The notes: generated by a model not told the origin, from the sequence alone. Counted from the first letter of the stretch, positions 18,655-28,674 are shown. The stretch is DNA of 64,000 nucleotides from Candidatus Latescibacterota bacterium (GCA_022706085.1 JAKJDF010000007.1:10474-74473); one strand, 5' to 3'. Numbers and translations are program-made.

Positions 18655-19662
18655 TCAGTCAGTAACGGGGGTTACCGGGATTTTCCGTCCTTCGCGCGCG
18701 GACTTGTAGATCATTTCGAGCATGTGGACGGTGCGTCGGCCCTCGCGGCCGTCAATGACCGGTCGCGCTCCGTGGCGTATCACGCGTATGGCGTCTTCCG
18801 CCACGTTTTTGACGGGGCTGGTTATCTCCTGCATGCGTTCCTGCACGCCTTCCTTGAGGAAGTAGCGTCCCACGCCGCCGAGGGCGTCGTCGAGGAGCAC
18901 ACCGCCTTCGGTGCCGTGGACCTCAAAGCTGTAGTACGGGCTTGCATCGGGGAATGTGGTGGTGGTAGTCATTGCGCCCTTGGCGCCGTTGGGGAAATCG
19001 AAGATGACCAGAGAGAGGTCTTCCGTCTCGATTTTGTGGCTCATGACGACGCTCTCGGCGTATACGGCGGAGGGTGTTCCCATTACCCAGAGCAAAAGAT
19101 CCAGGCCGTGCACGCCCTGGTTGGCGACGGAGCCGCCCCCGTCGAATTTCCACGTGCCGCGCCAGCCGCCGCGTTCGTCGTAGTAGGCCTGGGAGCGCCA
19201 CCATTTGAAACGGAACTCGGCGAGAAGAGGCCGCCCCAGCCACCCGTGTTGTACGGCATGGGCCAGCCGGACGTTGTTGTCGACGTAGCGGCTCTGGAAA
19301 TCCACCATGAGGTGGACGCCTTTGCGCTCACACGTCTTTATGAGACGGTTGCAGGCTTCGACCGAGACGTCCATGGGCTTTGTGGTGATGACGTGCTTGC
19401 CGGCTTCGGCGGCCTGACAACCGACCTCGGCGTGAAGTCCGCTTGGAGTCATCACGACGACGCATTCGATTTCGGGGAACCTGTTCAGGGCTTCGTCGAG
19501 GGAAAGCGTCCACGGAACATTCAGCTCCGTGCCGACATTACGGGCGCGTTCCTCGTCGATATCCACGACGGTCACGAGTTTCGCGCCTTCGGTGCCCGCG
19601 ATCACCCGAGAGCGATTGTGCCCCATGCCCAGGCCAACCACTGCGAATTTTACCGGTTCCAT
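18655..19662 (-). CDS. Gfo/Idh/MocA family oxidoreductase
   Basis: N-terminal Rossmann KFAVVGLGMGHNR, about 335 aa; GGGAGG ribosome-binding site upstream of MEPVKFAVVG. Confidence 0.85.
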   Translation of the reverse strand: MEPVKFAVVGLGMGHNRSRVIAGTEGAKLVTVVDIDEERARNVGTELNVPWTLSLDEALNRFPEIECVVVMTPSGLHAEVGCQAAEAGKHVITTKPMDVSVEACNRLIKTCERKGVHLMVDFQSRYVDNNVRLAHAVQHGWLGRPLLAEFRFKWWRSQAYYDERGGWRGTWKFDGGGSVANQGVHGLDLLLWVMGTPSAVYAESVVMSHKIETEDLSLVIFDFPNGAKGAMTTTTTFPDASPYYSFEVHGTEGGVLLDDALGGVGRYFLKEGVQERMQEITSPVKNVAEDAIRVIRHGARPVIDGREGRRTVHMLEMIYKSAREGRKIPVTPVTD

Positions 19663-19734
19663 CCCTACCTCCCAAGGCTGATGAGATGCTGTTCTGGTTG
19701 AGTTGGCGGACACGCACCGGACATGCCGGCAACG

Positions 19735-20952
19735 TCAGCTCCGCACGAAATCCTCCACCCACTGGACCGTTGCTGCTTTGCATTCGTCGGTGTGAATGTG
19801 GCCGACGGAGATGTCGTGCCGGATGGTTACGCTCGAAGACCGCAGACGGTTCAGTGCGGCGTAGTTGCCGACCGGCGGGCAGAGGTCGTCGAGAAAGGCC
19901 ATGCTCCAGAACGTCGGGCATGAAATGCGTGCCGCGAAATTCACCGCGTCTATGTATCGTGCAGTCGCGAGGTGCGCGGGGTCAGGTATGCCGCTCTCCA
20001 CGTTGACGATTTTCGGCCAGCCGGCTACCCTTCCGACCGCAGGGCCGGTGTGATCGCAATGGGTGCAGCACGAGATGACCACGCCGTTCACCTTCCGGTT
20101 CAACGCTGCCGCGGCGATGGCCTGCCCTCCGCCCTGGCTGTGCCCCTCCGCGATGAGGTGGGTGCCGTCCCACTCTGGCCGGGAGGCGAGGAAATCCACC
20201 GCGCGGGCGGCGCGGAGGAACATGGTTCGGAAATAGACTTGTTCGGGGTTTTCGCGGCCGCGGGTGCGGTAGTCCGCAAGGCCACCGTTTCGGAGTTCAA
20301 CGTAGAATTCGCGGTCGCGGTCGTTCGGGATGGGATGCGGGTTGATACTGAACACCATGATGCCGCGTGCGGTCCAGTCGAGCCCGTTTTCCGGTGGGAT
20401 GGCGTAGACGCCGGCACCGTGGTAGCGCGCGATCGCCGGGAAAGGCCCGTTGCCGTGAGGAATGAGCAGCCATCCGTAGATGGCGGTCCCATCGGGCATG
20501 GGTACCCGAACGTTGTGGATCGCGCCATCGGGGTGCACGGTGTGTGGAGACACCGTTGCGTCGAGCGGCAGATCCTTCTGCGCGGCGAGTTGCCGGGCCC
20601 AGTATGCGTCGAAATCCTCCGGCTCCGGCATGGACGGGAGGATGCGTTCGGGCGAAACCGCGGCGGCGGCCTGAGGTGGCTCGGAGGATTCGTCCGACCC
20701 GCCCCAGCGCAGGCGACACCGGAGGAAGCCCGGTTGTTCCGCGCGCACCGTAATCGTCTGCGGCGACGCGCCGATTTTCACCTGTTCTGTATGAACGACG
20801 GCATCGCCATTCCACGTGACGGTTACGGTGACTTCGTCCGGGGGGTTTTCGCCGGCTTTTTCAGCAAGGAAGGAAACCGTCTCGCCGACGCGGTACATGG
20901 CGTCTGCGCGGTCGCACGACACGCGTACGGGGGACGGGGCAACGTCTGGCAT
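19735..20952 (-). CDS. acetyl xylan esterase / cephalosporin-C deacetylase family (CE7-like) with N-terminal beta-sandwich extension
   Basis: Catalytic nucleophile motif GHSQGG, alpha/beta-hydrolase core, 405 aa. Confidence 0.75.
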   Translation of the reverse strand: MPDVAPSPVRVSCDRADAMYRVGETVSFLAEKAGENPPDEVTVTVTWNGDAVVHTEQVKIGASPQTITVRAEQPGFLRCRLRWGGSDESSEPPQAAAAVSPERILPSMPEPEDFDAYWARQLAAQKDLPLDATVSPHTVHPDGAIHNVRVPMPDGTAIYGWLLIPHGNGPFPAIARYHGAGVYAIPPENGLDWTARGIMVFSINPHPIPNDRDREFYVELRNGGLADYRTRGRENPEQVYFRTMFLRAARAVDFLASRPEWDGTHLIAEGHSQGGGQAIAAAALNRKVNGVVISCCTHCDHTGPAVGRVAGWPKIVNVESGIPDPAHLATARYIDAVNFAARISCPTFWSMAFLDDLCPPVGNYAALNRLRSSSVTIRHDISVGHIHTDECKAATVQWVEDFVRS

Positions 20953-20995
20953 TTCCGTGAGCTTCCTTTCGTCGAGACGAACACGGAATCAGGAT

Positions 20996-22129
20996 TTAAA
21001 GCCAACCGGTCATCTGCGCGAGGAGGCGCGCGTACTCGATGAAATTCGGCCACGAGATGTCGTGTGGAACGCCGTGATCGCAGCCGGGGATGAAGCCGCC
21101 GGTTTTGAGCATGGGTGGGACCACCCGTTCGAGCTCGCCGCGCATTGTCTCGCCTCCGGCGGCGATGGCGCGTTTATCAATGCCGCCTTTGTACGCCATG
21201 CGGTTGCCGAAGCGGGCGCGGAATTCGTTGATGTCGTTGCCTGCGGCGACTTCGATGGGGTCGCAGACGTTAATTCCGGACTCTATCCAGATCGGGATGA
21301 GTTCTCCGATGAAGCCGTCTGAGTCCATGTCGATGATGGGGCATCCGCTTTTCCGGATTTCTGGAACCCATGCGTCGTATGCGGGTTTGAGGAAGCGGCG
21401 GACCATTGCGGGGGAGATCATGCTGAAGCTTTTGTAGGCCATGTCCTCTGACATGCCGACAGAGTCCAGCCGGACGCGTTGCAAGATGGGGCGCATGGTT
21501 TCGAGGACGAAGTTGGTCCAGAATTCGGCCATTTCTTCCACGAATTCCGGGTCGTCGACCATGAGGGTGCAGAGGCCTTCGAATCCGCACCATTCGCGCA
21601 GCTGCCAGAAAGGCGCGTTGAAGTGGATGGCGGCGATGGTGTCGCGGTCACGGTTTTTCTCGCATCGCTCCTCGAAATCCGGGGGGAAGCGTCCGGGAGC
21701 CTTCGGATCGTACCGCCATTTGATTTTTTCCTCGAAATCCTGGCGGTTCTGGACGGGAAAACGGTGCCATTTGCGGGTGACGAAATCGCGTGCGGCGCGG
21801 ATGTATGTATAGTCGTATTCGTCGGAGATTTCGGTGATGGCGCCCATCCAGTCCTGCACGATATAATGCCCGTTTTTGTGTTCGAGTACTTTTTCTTCGA
21901 ACTGGGGTATCATCCGGAAATCAACACCGAGGCCCGGCGCCGGTTTTTCGGCGGGTTCTGGATGGAAGCCGAGAATGTCGTAGAGGGCATCCATGTAGTT
22001 GACGTTTTCGGGAAGGCCTTCGGCGTGCCAGCGTTTGAGTGTTTTTTCGCGCGGGCCTCCGGGGCTGAAGGGGATTTTGTCCGGATTGCCGAAGGTGAGG
22101 GCCTGAACGTAGCGTTCACGATGCGTCAT
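20996..22129 (-). CDS. uroporphyrinogen decarboxylase (URO-D) family protein
   Basis: Start MTHRERYVQALTFGNPDKIPF typical of URO-D-like proteins; the Thr/Ser/Ala-rich 161-aa extension in the listed ORF 20996..22612 is discounted. Confidence 0.7.
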   Translation of the reverse strand: MTHRERYVQALTFGNPDKIPFSPGGPREKTLKRWHAEGLPENVNYMDALYDILGFHPEPAEKPAPGLGVDFRMIPQFEEKVLEHKNGHYIVQDWMGAITEISDEYDYTYIRAARDFVTRKWHRFPVQNRQDFEEKIKWRYDPKAPGRFPPDFEERCEKNRDRDTIAAIHFNAPFWQLREWCGFEGLCTLMVDDPEFVEEMAEFWTNFVLETMRPILQRVRLDSVGMSEDMAYKSFSMISPAMVRRFLKPAYDAWVPEIRKSGCPIIDMDSDGFIGELIPIWIESGINVCDPIEVAAGNDINEFRARFGNRMAYKGGIDKRAIAAGGETMRGELERVVPPMLKTGGFIPGCDHGVPHDISWPNFIEYARLLAQMTGWL

Positions 22130-22157
22130 GTGGTCAGCCTTTCGGTTTGCAGGTGTG

Positions 22158-22898
22158 TCAGAGATCCTGCCAGCGGGCGTATATTGCCTGCTCTTTGCCT
22201 TCGGTGTTTGCGGCGACGGCGATTGTGCCGTCGCGCCGGATGAATCGTGTTCCGCCCAGCTGGAAATGGTAGTAGGAGAAGCCGACGCGGTTGGTGCAGA
22301 CCATCGGGCGGTTGATTTCGCGGCAGAAATCCGGGTTGCGGGCTTCGTCGACGTTTCCGCGGTTGTTCTGATAAAAGACGATGTCCGGTGGTTCCTTCCG
22401 GAAGGGTTCCCACGCTTTGGGATTGTTTCCGTCGGCGCAGATGAGGGAGCCGATGAGAAGGTCCCCGACACGGATGTTGCGGGGCCCGTCTCCGTGGCCG
22501 AGGATGCCGAGTTCCTGCCGGTAGCCGTGGATGTAGCCGATGTAGTCGTCGCGGTCGGGAAGGGACCAGAGGTAGCTTTTGCGGTACACGTCAATGACGC
22601 CGTTGCCGTCAAGGTAGACGCATGAGATGTAAGGGGCGCCTTTGTAGACCTCGTTCAGCCCGAGCGCGACAAACCCGCCGTAGCGCTTCGCGAGCATGGC
22701 GAAGCCGAAGACTTCGACGCTTTCCAGCGCGCGACCGTACTTCACAGGGTCGGGAGCGTAATCGGCAGTCAGCCCCTCATGGAGAAACACGTATTTCGCG
22801 CCGTTTTCGAACGCGGTTTGTGTCCAGTGAAGGGCCTTGTGGACGTTCGCGTTGACCTCCATGGCAACGGTATCGAGCTGGATCGCAGCGAGTATCAT
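22158..22898 (-). CDS. carbon-nitrogen hydrolase (nitrilase superfamily)
   Basis: Catalytic E-K-C triad contexts FLHEG, YRKSYLW, GSLICADG; start MILAAIQLD. Confidence 0.8.
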   Translation of the reverse strand: MILAAIQLDTVAMEVNANVHKALHWTQTAFENGAKYVFLHEGLTADYAPDPVKYGRALESVEVFGFAMLAKRYGGFVALGLNEVYKGAPYISCVYLDGNGVIDVYRKSYLWSLPDRDDYIGYIHGYRQELGILGHGDGPRNIRVGDLLIGSLICADGNNPKAWEPFRKEPPDIVFYQNNRGNVDEARNPDFCREINRPMVCTNRVGFSYYHFQLGGTRFIRRDGTIAVAANTEGKEQAIYARWQDL

Positions 22899-23061
22899 GA
22901 TGCGTCTCCCGGATGTTTCCGCGCAGGCGTGTCTTGAGGAATATCCATTCGCGTAAACGGGGGGAACAAGGGCGGGGCGCGGTGTAAGGCGGCGCCCCGC
23001 CAGAGAAGGTGCCGGCGTTCGCGGTAGCCCGACGCAACGGGCAACGCAGGTGCCGGGAGCG

Positions 23062-25497
23062 TCAGCCGAGGACGGTTGACTCCACCAGCGTGGCCACGTC
23101 ATCCCACACGAGTGCGACCGCTTCAGGCGTTGCGTCGGTTTCCTCAAACAGAACGATCGTGTTTGAATCCGCCAGCCAGCACTCCGGCACGTAGTAATCG
23201 GTGTGGCCGTTGATGTTCCAGTAGCGGCCGATGTGGTGGCCGTTTACCCAGATGCACCCCTTGTTGAGGCCCGTGACCCTCACCCAGAGAGGCCGTTTGA
23301 CACGGGTATCCATGGTGAACGAGGCGCGGTACCAGGACACGGGCGAGGGTTGATGCTGCGACCCCCACGGTGCGCTGGCACCGGGGCGGTACCATTCTTC
23401 GTGTTCGCCCAGGAGCTTCGCGTGCATTTCCCATTCCAGCACTTCGTCCGCATCCACCCAGACGCGGCCAAGGATGCCCTTGAGGTCGTCGCGCATGGTG
23501 GGGCTGCCGCGTTTGCCCACCTCCCCAATCTGCCAGTCGCCCTTCACGTGCCCGAGATTGTCCACGAGAATTGCGATCACGTTCTCCCCTGCTTTCAGTT
23601 CCACCGGAACGGTAACGCTCGGTTGGAAACGCCGGTCTTCGACCGGTTCGATTGAGGTGCACACGTGTCCGCCGTTGACGAACACCAGGGCACGATCACT
23701 GACTGCTTCGACATGGAGGAGCGCGGTCCGCGCTTCCCGCGAATGAAAGGCCGCACGGTACCACCCGTAGCCTTCGTGGTCGCCGACAAGGTCTCGCGGA
23801 ACCGGCCGGAGACTGCCCACCCACCCGTTTGGTTCCGAACGCGGGTTCTTACACGGGAGATGGGCATTCTCTATGCAACTATCCCATGGACTGAGCGCCG
23901 GAGGGGCGGGGAGACGGGGAGCCCGGGACGGAACATGCGTCACCGCGTTTTCGGTGACCGTCCACGCGCCAGTGGAGACGGTTGTTGCAGTGTGCTGTAT
24001 TTCCACGCCGTCGGGCACGGCGCGGGCGTAGCTCGCGCCAATCACGAGTCTGTCACCCGCGCACCAGACACGTCCGCAGAAAGAAACAGGGATAACGACG
24101 ACGCGAACGCGTTCTCCGTCCGTCCACTCTCCCGCGATCGCCGGCTCTTCGCTGGAGATCGTGTGTTCAAAGGTCCGGCGCGAAGCCCCGCGGGAGAGGG
24201 TGCAGGAAATGGCGCGGCTTTTTTCGCCCATCAGGACTATGACACGGCAGTCGCCGATCCGGTAGATTCCGTGCAGATGCGAGGCAGTGAAGAGCCGCAG
24301 GTCGGAATCGGGCGCGATCGTTGCGCCCGCAACCACCGGTGCGACGCTTTCGGGAGGAAGGCTCAGCGGTTCGCCCGGGACGCCTTCTTCTGCATACGCC
24401 TGAATCGTTACCGTACGAGCCGCCGGGTTTTTGTAGAAAAGCAAGGTGCCACAGGTGTTTGCGCGTTTCCAGACCTCGATGCCGCCGGGGAGTTTCTGGC
24501 ACGAGGCGTCTGAATCGGCGAGAATGTGAGCGAACGCCTGAGCGAAATGCGCGACAGGAATGGTCAACCGGCCACGCCTGCCGATTCCTCCGGCCTCGCT
24601 GAGCGGAGCATCGTAGTCGTAACTGGTTGTCTGGAGGTACATGGTGGTATAGGCGAAGTTGGTGCCGCCATACCACATGTAGTAGTTGTACCCCGAACCT
24701 CCTTCGGCCAGCACCCGCCAGGTGTGGTAGGCCAGGTGTTCCGGAGAGCGGTTTACCCAGCGGCGGTCGCGATGCCAGGTGAGATACCATGCGGTCCAGA
24801 ATTCGGTGCAGTGGATGGGCATGTTCGGTTGCCGGGAACGGAATTCGGGGAACTGGTCGGCAGGTTCATGGCTGTTGACGGCTTCGATTGCCCCTTCCGC
24901 GGAGCCGGCACATGTTATGAGCGGGACTTCGATTCCGAGGTTGCGCACGAGATCGCGCAGGTGGGACATATAGGCATCGGCATCTTTCTTTTCGGGTACG
25001 ACGTTGCCCAGTTCGTTCTCGATCTGGACGAGGATGACACAGCCGCCGCGGGAGACCTGATGGCGCGCGATTACGGGTATCAGCTTTTCGAACCAGCGGT
25101 CGACGTACCGGAGGTAGACGGGGTCGTGGTGCCTCAGGGTGAGACCGCGTTTTGTCAGCAACCACGCAGGGAATCCGCCGAAATCCCATTCGGCGCAGAT
25201 GTACGGACCGGGCCGCGCGACCACAAAGAGGCCGAACTCCTCGCAGAGTTGAAGGAAGTGCTCGAAATCGTGATCACCGGCGAAATCGAACGCCCCTTCC
25301 TGCGGTTCGTGCCAGTTCCATGCGACGTAGGTCTGGATGGTGTTCAGACCCGCGGCCTTCGCCTTTTCCAGCCGATCCCGCCAGAGGGCGCGGGGAACGC
25401 GGAAATAGTGAATGGAACCTGAAGTGAGAAACTCACGTTTTCCGTTGATGATGAAACTGTGGGCGTCGTAGTGCACTGACGAATTCGGCGCTGGCAT
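23062..25497 (-). CDS. beta-galactosidase, glycoside hydrolase family 35
   Basis: GH35 N-terminal TIM barrel (FIINGKREFLTSGSIHYFR...IQTYVAWNWHEP...GPYICAEWDFGGFPAWL, IENELG) plus C-terminal beta-sandwich domains; GGAGGG ribosome-binding site before MPAPNSS. Confidence 0.85.
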   Translation of the reverse strand: MPAPNSSVHYDAHSFIINGKREFLTSGSIHYFRVPRALWRDRLEKAKAAGLNTIQTYVAWNWHEPQEGAFDFAGDHDFEHFLQLCEEFGLFVVARPGPYICAEWDFGGFPAWLLTKRGLTLRHHDPVYLRYVDRWFEKLIPVIARHQVSRGGCVILVQIENELGNVVPEKKDADAYMSHLRDLVRNLGIEVPLITCAGSAEGAIEAVNSHEPADQFPEFRSRQPNMPIHCTEFWTAWYLTWHRDRRWVNRSPEHLAYHTWRVLAEGGSGYNYYMWYGGTNFAYTTMYLQTTSYDYDAPLSEAGGIGRRGRLTIPVAHFAQAFAHILADSDASCQKLPGGIEVWKRANTCGTLLFYKNPAARTVTIQAYAEEGVPGEPLSLPPESVAPVVAGATIAPDSDLRLFTASHLHGIYRIGDCRVIVLMGEKSRAISCTLSRGASRRTFEHTISSEEPAIAGEWTDGERVRVVVIPVSFCGRVWCAGDRLVIGASYARAVPDGVEIQHTATTVSTGAWTVTENAVTHVPSRAPRLPAPPALSPWDSCIENAHLPCKNPRSEPNGWVGSLRPVPRDLVGDHEGYGWYRAAFHSREARTALLHVEAVSDRALVFVNGGHVCTSIEPVEDRRFQPSVTVPVELKAGENVIAILVDNLGHVKGDWQIGEVGKRGSPTMRDDLKGILGRVWVDADEVLEWEMHAKLLGEHEEWYRPGASAPWGSQHQPSPVSWYRASFTMDTRVKRPLWVRVTGLNKGCIWVNGHHIGRYWNINGHTDYYVPECWLADSNTIVLFEETDATPEAVALVWDDVATLVESTVLG

Positions 25498-25599
25498 GGA
25501 GTTCCCTCCGGGACGGCACGGGTTGGCGAACGTGGACAGGAGTCGCACTGTCGGTACCTACTGAAAAGTACGCGCTCCCGTCTGAAAGGAGAAACTGCG

Positions 25600-26346
25600 A
25601 TGTACGATGAGCTTTCCGCGCTGTACGACCTGTTTGTGGACTGGCCTTCGCGGCTCGGGAACGAAATGCCGCTTCTGGAGAAGCTTGGCGTGGGAGTACC
25701 GGGCCAGCGCATCGTTGACGTGGCGTGCGGTACGGGACACCACGCTCTGGCTTGGGCGGAGAAAGGGTGTACGGTGCGGGCATTTGATGCATCACGCGAG
25801 ATGGTGGAGCGGGCGCGCATGCGGGACCGGGCGGGCCTGGTGAACTGGGGGGTGGCCGGGTTCGAGGATATCCCGAAGGACGGGTGGGCGGACGCTCTGG
25901 TGTGCCTTGGAACCTCGCTGCCGCACGCGGAATCAGAGGCGGCTCATCGCGCCGCACTTGCCGCATTTGCGGGAGCGCTCAAACCGGGTGGAGTACTGGT
26001 CGTACACAGCCGCAACCTTCCGCGCACCGCCGGCGGAGGAGAAGCGGAGCGATTTCTTCCACCTCTGCCGAGGAAACGTGACGGGAGGAATGTTCTGTTC
26101 TGGCGGTTCTACGACGTTCTGTCACCTTCACTTCTGGATTTCCACCTCGTTATTCTGGAGGAAACGCCCGAAAAGTGGACGCACCGGGTGCTCACTTCCC
26201 GACTGTGGGTGGTTCGCGCGGAGCAACTGGTGGCGATGGCCGAGGAAGCTGAGTTTCGCGAACTCCGCGTGCTCGGAGGCCTGGATGGCAGACCGTATGA
26301 CCGCGTTAATTCCCCGGATCTCGTTCTGACCGCGAAACGCACGTGA
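25600..26346 (+). CDS. class I SAM-dependent methyltransferase
   Basis: Motif I VVDVACGTGHHA, Rossmann-like fold; AAGGAG ribosome-binding site. Confidence 0.75.
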   Translation: MYDELSALYDLFVDWPSRLGNEMPLLEKLGVGVPGQRIVDVACGTGHHALAWAEKGCTVRAFDASREMVERARMRDRAGLVNWGVAGFEDIPKDGWADALVCLGTSLPHAESEAAHRAALAAFAGALKPGGVLVVHSRNLPRTAGGGEAERFLPPLPRKRDGRNVLFWRFYDVLSPSLLDFHLVILEETPEKWTHRVLTSRLWVVRAEQLVAMAEEAEFRELRVLGGLDGRPYDRVNSPDLVLTAKRT

Positions 26347-26442
26347 CCCGAAAACCGGGGCTGTTCCGCCGGTGTCGGTTGGCCGTATTTTTCAGACGAT
26401 CTTGTCCCCCCGCCGACCGTTTTCACGCTGAAGGAGCAACAG

Positions 26443-27528
26443 ATGCCGAAGGGGCAGAGATGGAACGCTGAATGGTCAACAGAGGCTGACCGGACCACCG
26501 GTTTCGAGGTACGCCGACTGACGAACAACCCACCCTCTTCCAACCGCCATTTCTACTTTCATCAGATAAGCTGGACTCCTGACAGCTCTCACGTGATTTT
26601 CGTGTCAGACCGGGGGGGAGGTTCCCAGCTTTGCAGCATTGCCATGGCGAACGGGGAGATCACGCAGCTGACTCAAGACGGGATGGCACATGACGCCACG
26701 ATGAGCCTTCATGCGCCGGTTGCGTATTACTACACGGGCAACGAGTTCCGGGCAGTGAATGTTCTGACGCTGGAGGAGCATACGGTCGGCGTGTTGCCCG
26801 AGAGGATGAAGTGCTACTCCGGCCCGTCGGAAAACGCGGACGGCACGTTACTGGTGTTCGCGGCGCAAATCGGGGGCGAGAGGTGCATGGCGAAGACGGA
26901 GATCGGCCCGGGAGCGACATCGGTGATTCTCGAGACGAGCACCGTCCTGAGCCACGTCAACTGCTCGCTTACGGACCCGGAATGGATCATGCACTGCGAT
27001 TCCACACGGGGTGACGACAAGCCGAAGCAACGCGTGTGGGTGCTTTCCACTGACGGCCTCCGCCACTGGCACCCGTACACGCAGACGCCGCAGGAATGGC
27101 TTACGCACGAGTCGTGGCTGGGAATGACCGGGAAACTGCTCATCTGTTACTGGCCGACCGGGATCATGGAAATCAACGTGGACGGCAGCGGAGCACGCCT
27201 CATTGCGGCGGTGAATGCCTGGCATGCGGCCGCCAGCCGCGACGGGCGTTACTGCGTGGTGGACACCAACTGGCCTGACCGCGGCATCCACCTGATCGAG
27301 CGGGACACAGGCCGCATGTGCAAGGTGTGCGAATCGGATTCGGGCGCGGGTGACGCACGCGCGGGAAGTGAGGTACACCCCCACCCGTCGTTCAGCCCGG
27401 ACGGGAAGTACATCCTGTTTGGCTCGCAGAAGACCGGGAGACCGGAGGTGTACGTGGTGGAGACTGAGCAGGTGATCGCGCGGCAGGATTTGTGGTGGAA
27501 GCCGGAGTACCACTGGCACCGATGGTAG
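26443..27528 (+). CDS. oligogalacturonate lyase-like beta-propeller protein
   Basis: C-terminal HPHPSFSPDGKYILFGSQKTGRPEVYVVE resembles oligogalacturonide lyase / TolB-like propellers; AAGGAG ribosome-binding site. Family assignment is tentative. Confidence 0.5.
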   Translation: MPKGQRWNAEWSTEADRTTGFEVRRLTNNPPSSNRHFYFHQISWTPDSSHVIFVSDRGGGSQLCSIAMANGEITQLTQDGMAHDATMSLHAPVAYYYTGNEFRAVNVLTLEEHTVGVLPERMKCYSGPSENADGTLLVFAAQIGGERCMAKTEIGPGATSVILETSTVLSHVNCSLTDPEWIMHCDSTRGDDKPKQRVWVLSTDGLRHWHPYTQTPQEWLTHESWLGMTGKLLICYWPTGIMEINVDGSGARLIAAVNAWHAAASRDGRYCVVDTNWPDRGIHLIERDTGRMCKVCESDSGAGDARAGSEVHPHPSFSPDGKYILFGSQKTGRPEVYVVETEQVIARQDLWWKPEYHWHRW

Positions 27529-28484
27529 GAGAGCGGCGGGTGACGGTTGAGCCGCTCTCGGAGACGCATTCCCGCGCGGCGGGAGAGCTTATCCGAACGG
27601 TGCTTCAAGAGGAATTCGGCGCCGCGACCGGGGCGTGCGAAGATTCGGATCTCGAGGACCTTTTCACCGCGTACGCAGGTCCGGGGAGCGCCGCGTGGGT
27701 AGCGCACTGCGACGGCGGGGTGTGCGGCGTGGCTGCTGTGCGCGAGTCCGAGAACGGCGCACTGGAACTCAAACGATTCTACGTGCGTGCTGACTACCGC
27801 GGGAGGGGTATCGGCGGCGCACTCCTGCGAGAGGTGGAGCGCCGCGCGGCAGAGGAGGGGTACCAGCAGATCGTGCTGACGACGACACATCTCATGGCGC
27901 GGGCGCAGGAGGTGTACCGGGACTTCGGGTACCAACTGGACAGCACGGAACGCAAGGGCGCGGTGACGCTTCATACGTACCGGAAGCAGCTGGCGCGGGC
28001 GGCACTCGGGGCACGAAGAGCGGCCGGACCTTTGCCGAAAACGGGCGGGGGTGAGATTGCGGTGGTGGTGGAACGCCCCCGCGGGTCATGTGAAGGGTGG
28101 CACTGGGAACGTCAGACGCACACGCTGGTTCTTACGGAGTATTACGACAGACCGGTTCCCGTGAACTACGGGCTGGCCCCGGAGTGGGTGAACCCCGCGG
28201 ACCAGGATGCACTGGACGTGATTCTGCTGGACGACCGCCGGATGCATCCGGGGGAAACGCTTGTTGCAGTTCCGGCAGGAGTGCTTCTCCGCCCGGACGG
28301 CGACGACAAGCTGCTGGCGGTTCCGGCGGGGGGCGCAGTGCGTCCTGTTGGCCCTGATGAACGGTCGCGGGCACGTGTTTCCGCGTGGTGGGACGACGCC
28401 CATCAGCCTGTCGGATGGGAAGGTGAGGAAGGCGTCGAACGCCTTTTGGCGCGATGCCTGCGGCAAGGAGCAAAGGATGGGTAA
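27492..28484 (+). CDS. GNAT N-acetyltransferase fused to inorganic pyrophosphatase domain
   Basis: N-terminal GNAT motif (LELKRFYVRADYRGRGIGGALL); C-terminal family-I pyrophosphatase motifs (VVVERPRGS..., YPVNYGLAPEW, DQDALDVILLDD). Confidence 0.65.
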   Translation: MVEAGVPLAPMVGERRVTVEPLSETHSRAAGELIRTVLQEEFGAATGACEDSDLEDLFTAYAGPGSAAWVAHCDGGVCGVAAVRESENGALELKRFYVRADYRGRGIGGALLREVERRAAEEGYQQIVLTTTHLMARAQEVYRDFGYQLDSTERKGAVTLHTYRKQLARAALGARRAAGPLPKTGGGEIAVVVERPRGSCEGWHWERQTHTLVLTEYYDRPVPVNYGLAPEWVNPADQDALDVILLDDRRMHPGETLVAVPAGVLLRPDGDDKLLAVPAGGAVRPVGPDERSRARVSAWWDDAHQPVGWEGEEGVERLLARCLRQGAKDG

Positions 28485-28674
28485 GCGGACGCCGAAACCC
28501 GAATGGTTCGTGTGCGAAACCTGCGGGAAACAGACGCGGGCATTGCGTCGTGATGTGCTGGACGAGCACTACAATGCCCTCGGGAAGACTCCTCTCTGGA
28601 ACTGCGAAGAATGCTACCAACAGAAGAGGCGGGAGCGCCTCAGTCAGCCCGACTCACCCGACCCGTCGTCCTGA
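28477..28674 (+). CDS. small zinc-ribbon protein (65 aa), tentative
   Basis: AGGAGCAAAGG ribosome-binding site then ATG; two CxxC pairs (CETC...CEEC); overlaps the annotated aroK start by 64 bp, so one of the two start calls may be wrong. Confidence 0.3.
   Translation: MGKRTPKPEWFVCETCGKQTRALRRDVLDEHYNALGKTPLWNCEECYQQKRRERLSQPDSPDPSS

Noticed and set aside
22130-22612. 161-aa Thr/Ser/Ala-rich N-terminal extension of the URO-D-like ORF
   Set aside because: Low-complexity, overlaps the nitrilase-family gene in another frame; a conserved URO-D-like N-terminus begins at the internal ATG (22129).
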